Assembly: GCA_028826165.1 (NCBI GenBank)
Contig: JAPDFW010000081.1
Span: 434,001-498,000 of the forward strand
Length of the DNA stretch: 64,000 nucleotides
Source: Anaeramoeba ignava BMAN
Taxonomy: Eukaryota > Protista > Anaeramoebae
Reading direction: 5' to 3'
The notes beneath the pieces were generated by a model. That model was given only the letters and a program-made list of their open reading frames with translations, did not search any database and had not been told where the DNA came from. Of the stretch, positions 63,023-64,000 are shown in pieces; the first letter of the stretch is position 1, and each line of letters opens with the position of its first letter. A program made the position numbers and the translations under genes.

Positions 63023-63093
63023 TTTTGTTAAATTAGAAATCATTTTTTCTTTTCTTTTCTTTTTGAAAAATTGGAAAATTGAAAAATTAATAA

Positions 63094-64000
63094 ATGAGAA
63101 AATCAAAACCACCTGTTAAACCAAAAACTTCAAAAATTAGTTTTATAATTGCAATTTGTTTATTAATTTGTGGAATTATTTGGGCATTTGTTGAGATTAT
63201 TACAAGATTAAAATTGATTGAAACTGATTGTTTTATTAATGATAAAAAATATATTTTATATTCTTATAATGGAGATGGAACACCAATTATTTCTCCAAAT
63301 CAATTAGAAAATCAAAACCAAAATCAAAATCAAAATCAAAATCAAAATCAAAATTTTAATGATTCCAAATATTTGTTTGCATCAATTGGTTGTAATACAT
63401 CTCCAACTGATAATGTTGTTTCTTTTTTTAATGTAATCAATAATTTTAAAATAAAGATTAAATAAAAATATTTATCTTAATTCAATTTTTATTAAAGATA
63501 ACTTGGAAATCAAAAAGTGGAAAAAGTTTTAATGAATTTTCTTGTAATTTTGGAAGGATGTGTAAGTAAAAAATTAAAAATTAAAATTAAAATTAAAAAT
63601 TAAATTTAAAATTAAAATTAAAATTAAAATTAAAATTAAAATTAATTTATATTTAGGTTGGACAGCAAAAGGAAATAATTGCAAAGTAATTCAAAAAAAA
63701 AATTCCCAAAAAAATGATTTTAATTTTAATTAATTAATCCAATTTTTTTTAAAAAAAAGAATACAAAATGTAAAAATTCAATTTCAACAAAAGAATGTAA
63801 AAATTTTGTTGATTTAGAAAAAAAAAAGATTTTTGATAAATATCAAGTTAATACTTCAGTTAAATGTTGGATTAGTAAAAGTAAAGAAAATTTTGCAACA
63901 ATTCATTTTCCACTTCCAAATTTTGCTTGGTCAATTTTTTTTTGGATTTTTTCTTTAATATTTTGTATTGCTCCTTGTAGAAATTTTCAATATTATTATT
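63094..64000 (+). CDS. Two-TM protein with Cys-rich ectodomain; 4 exons visible, runs off the right edge
   Basis: Exons 63094-63432, 63498-63561, 63657-63685, 63760-64000 join in frame: TM1, LIETDCFI.., DKYQVNTSVKCWI, TM2 FAWSIFFWIFSLIFCIAPC. Confidence 0.7.

Overview
Extremely AT-rich, intron-containing eukaryotic DNA read with the standard code. Gene content and style suggest a protist, possibly an Anaeramoeba-like metamonad; that is inference and cannot be confirmed from the sequence alone. I manually reconstructed 20 protein genes and one tRNA-Trp(CCA), in order: VIT-domain gene (exon 1 only), thioredoxin-SHP-UBA-UBX fusion, Borealin-like protein, ankyrin-BTB, aminoacylase-1, Kelch protein, LRR protein, unknown membrane protein, 1,424-aa LIM/repeat protein, VPS13B-like protein, small Cys-motif protein, second ankyrin-BTB, divergent beta-tubulin, THOC5, tRNA-Trp, three tandem RCC1-BTB paralogs, an atypical kinase and a two-TM Cys-rich protein. 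Most notable: (1) intronless genes in which different repeat scaffolds (ankyrin, RCC1) carry a related tandem-BTB cassette and vary mainly in predicted binding loops; (2) a ~4.2 kb array whose ~300-bp units carry the first 19 nt (through the A box) of the adjacent tRNA-Trp; (3) a WCGPC thioredoxin fused to a p97 adaptor, with the active site split by an intron; (4) tandem TCATTTT initiator-like motifs before most ATGs; (5) GT-AG introns that often end in A-rich AAG and are inflated by intron-specific satellites. Several single-base frameshifts look like long-read consensus errors. Many ORFs in the track are artefacts of satellite DNA.
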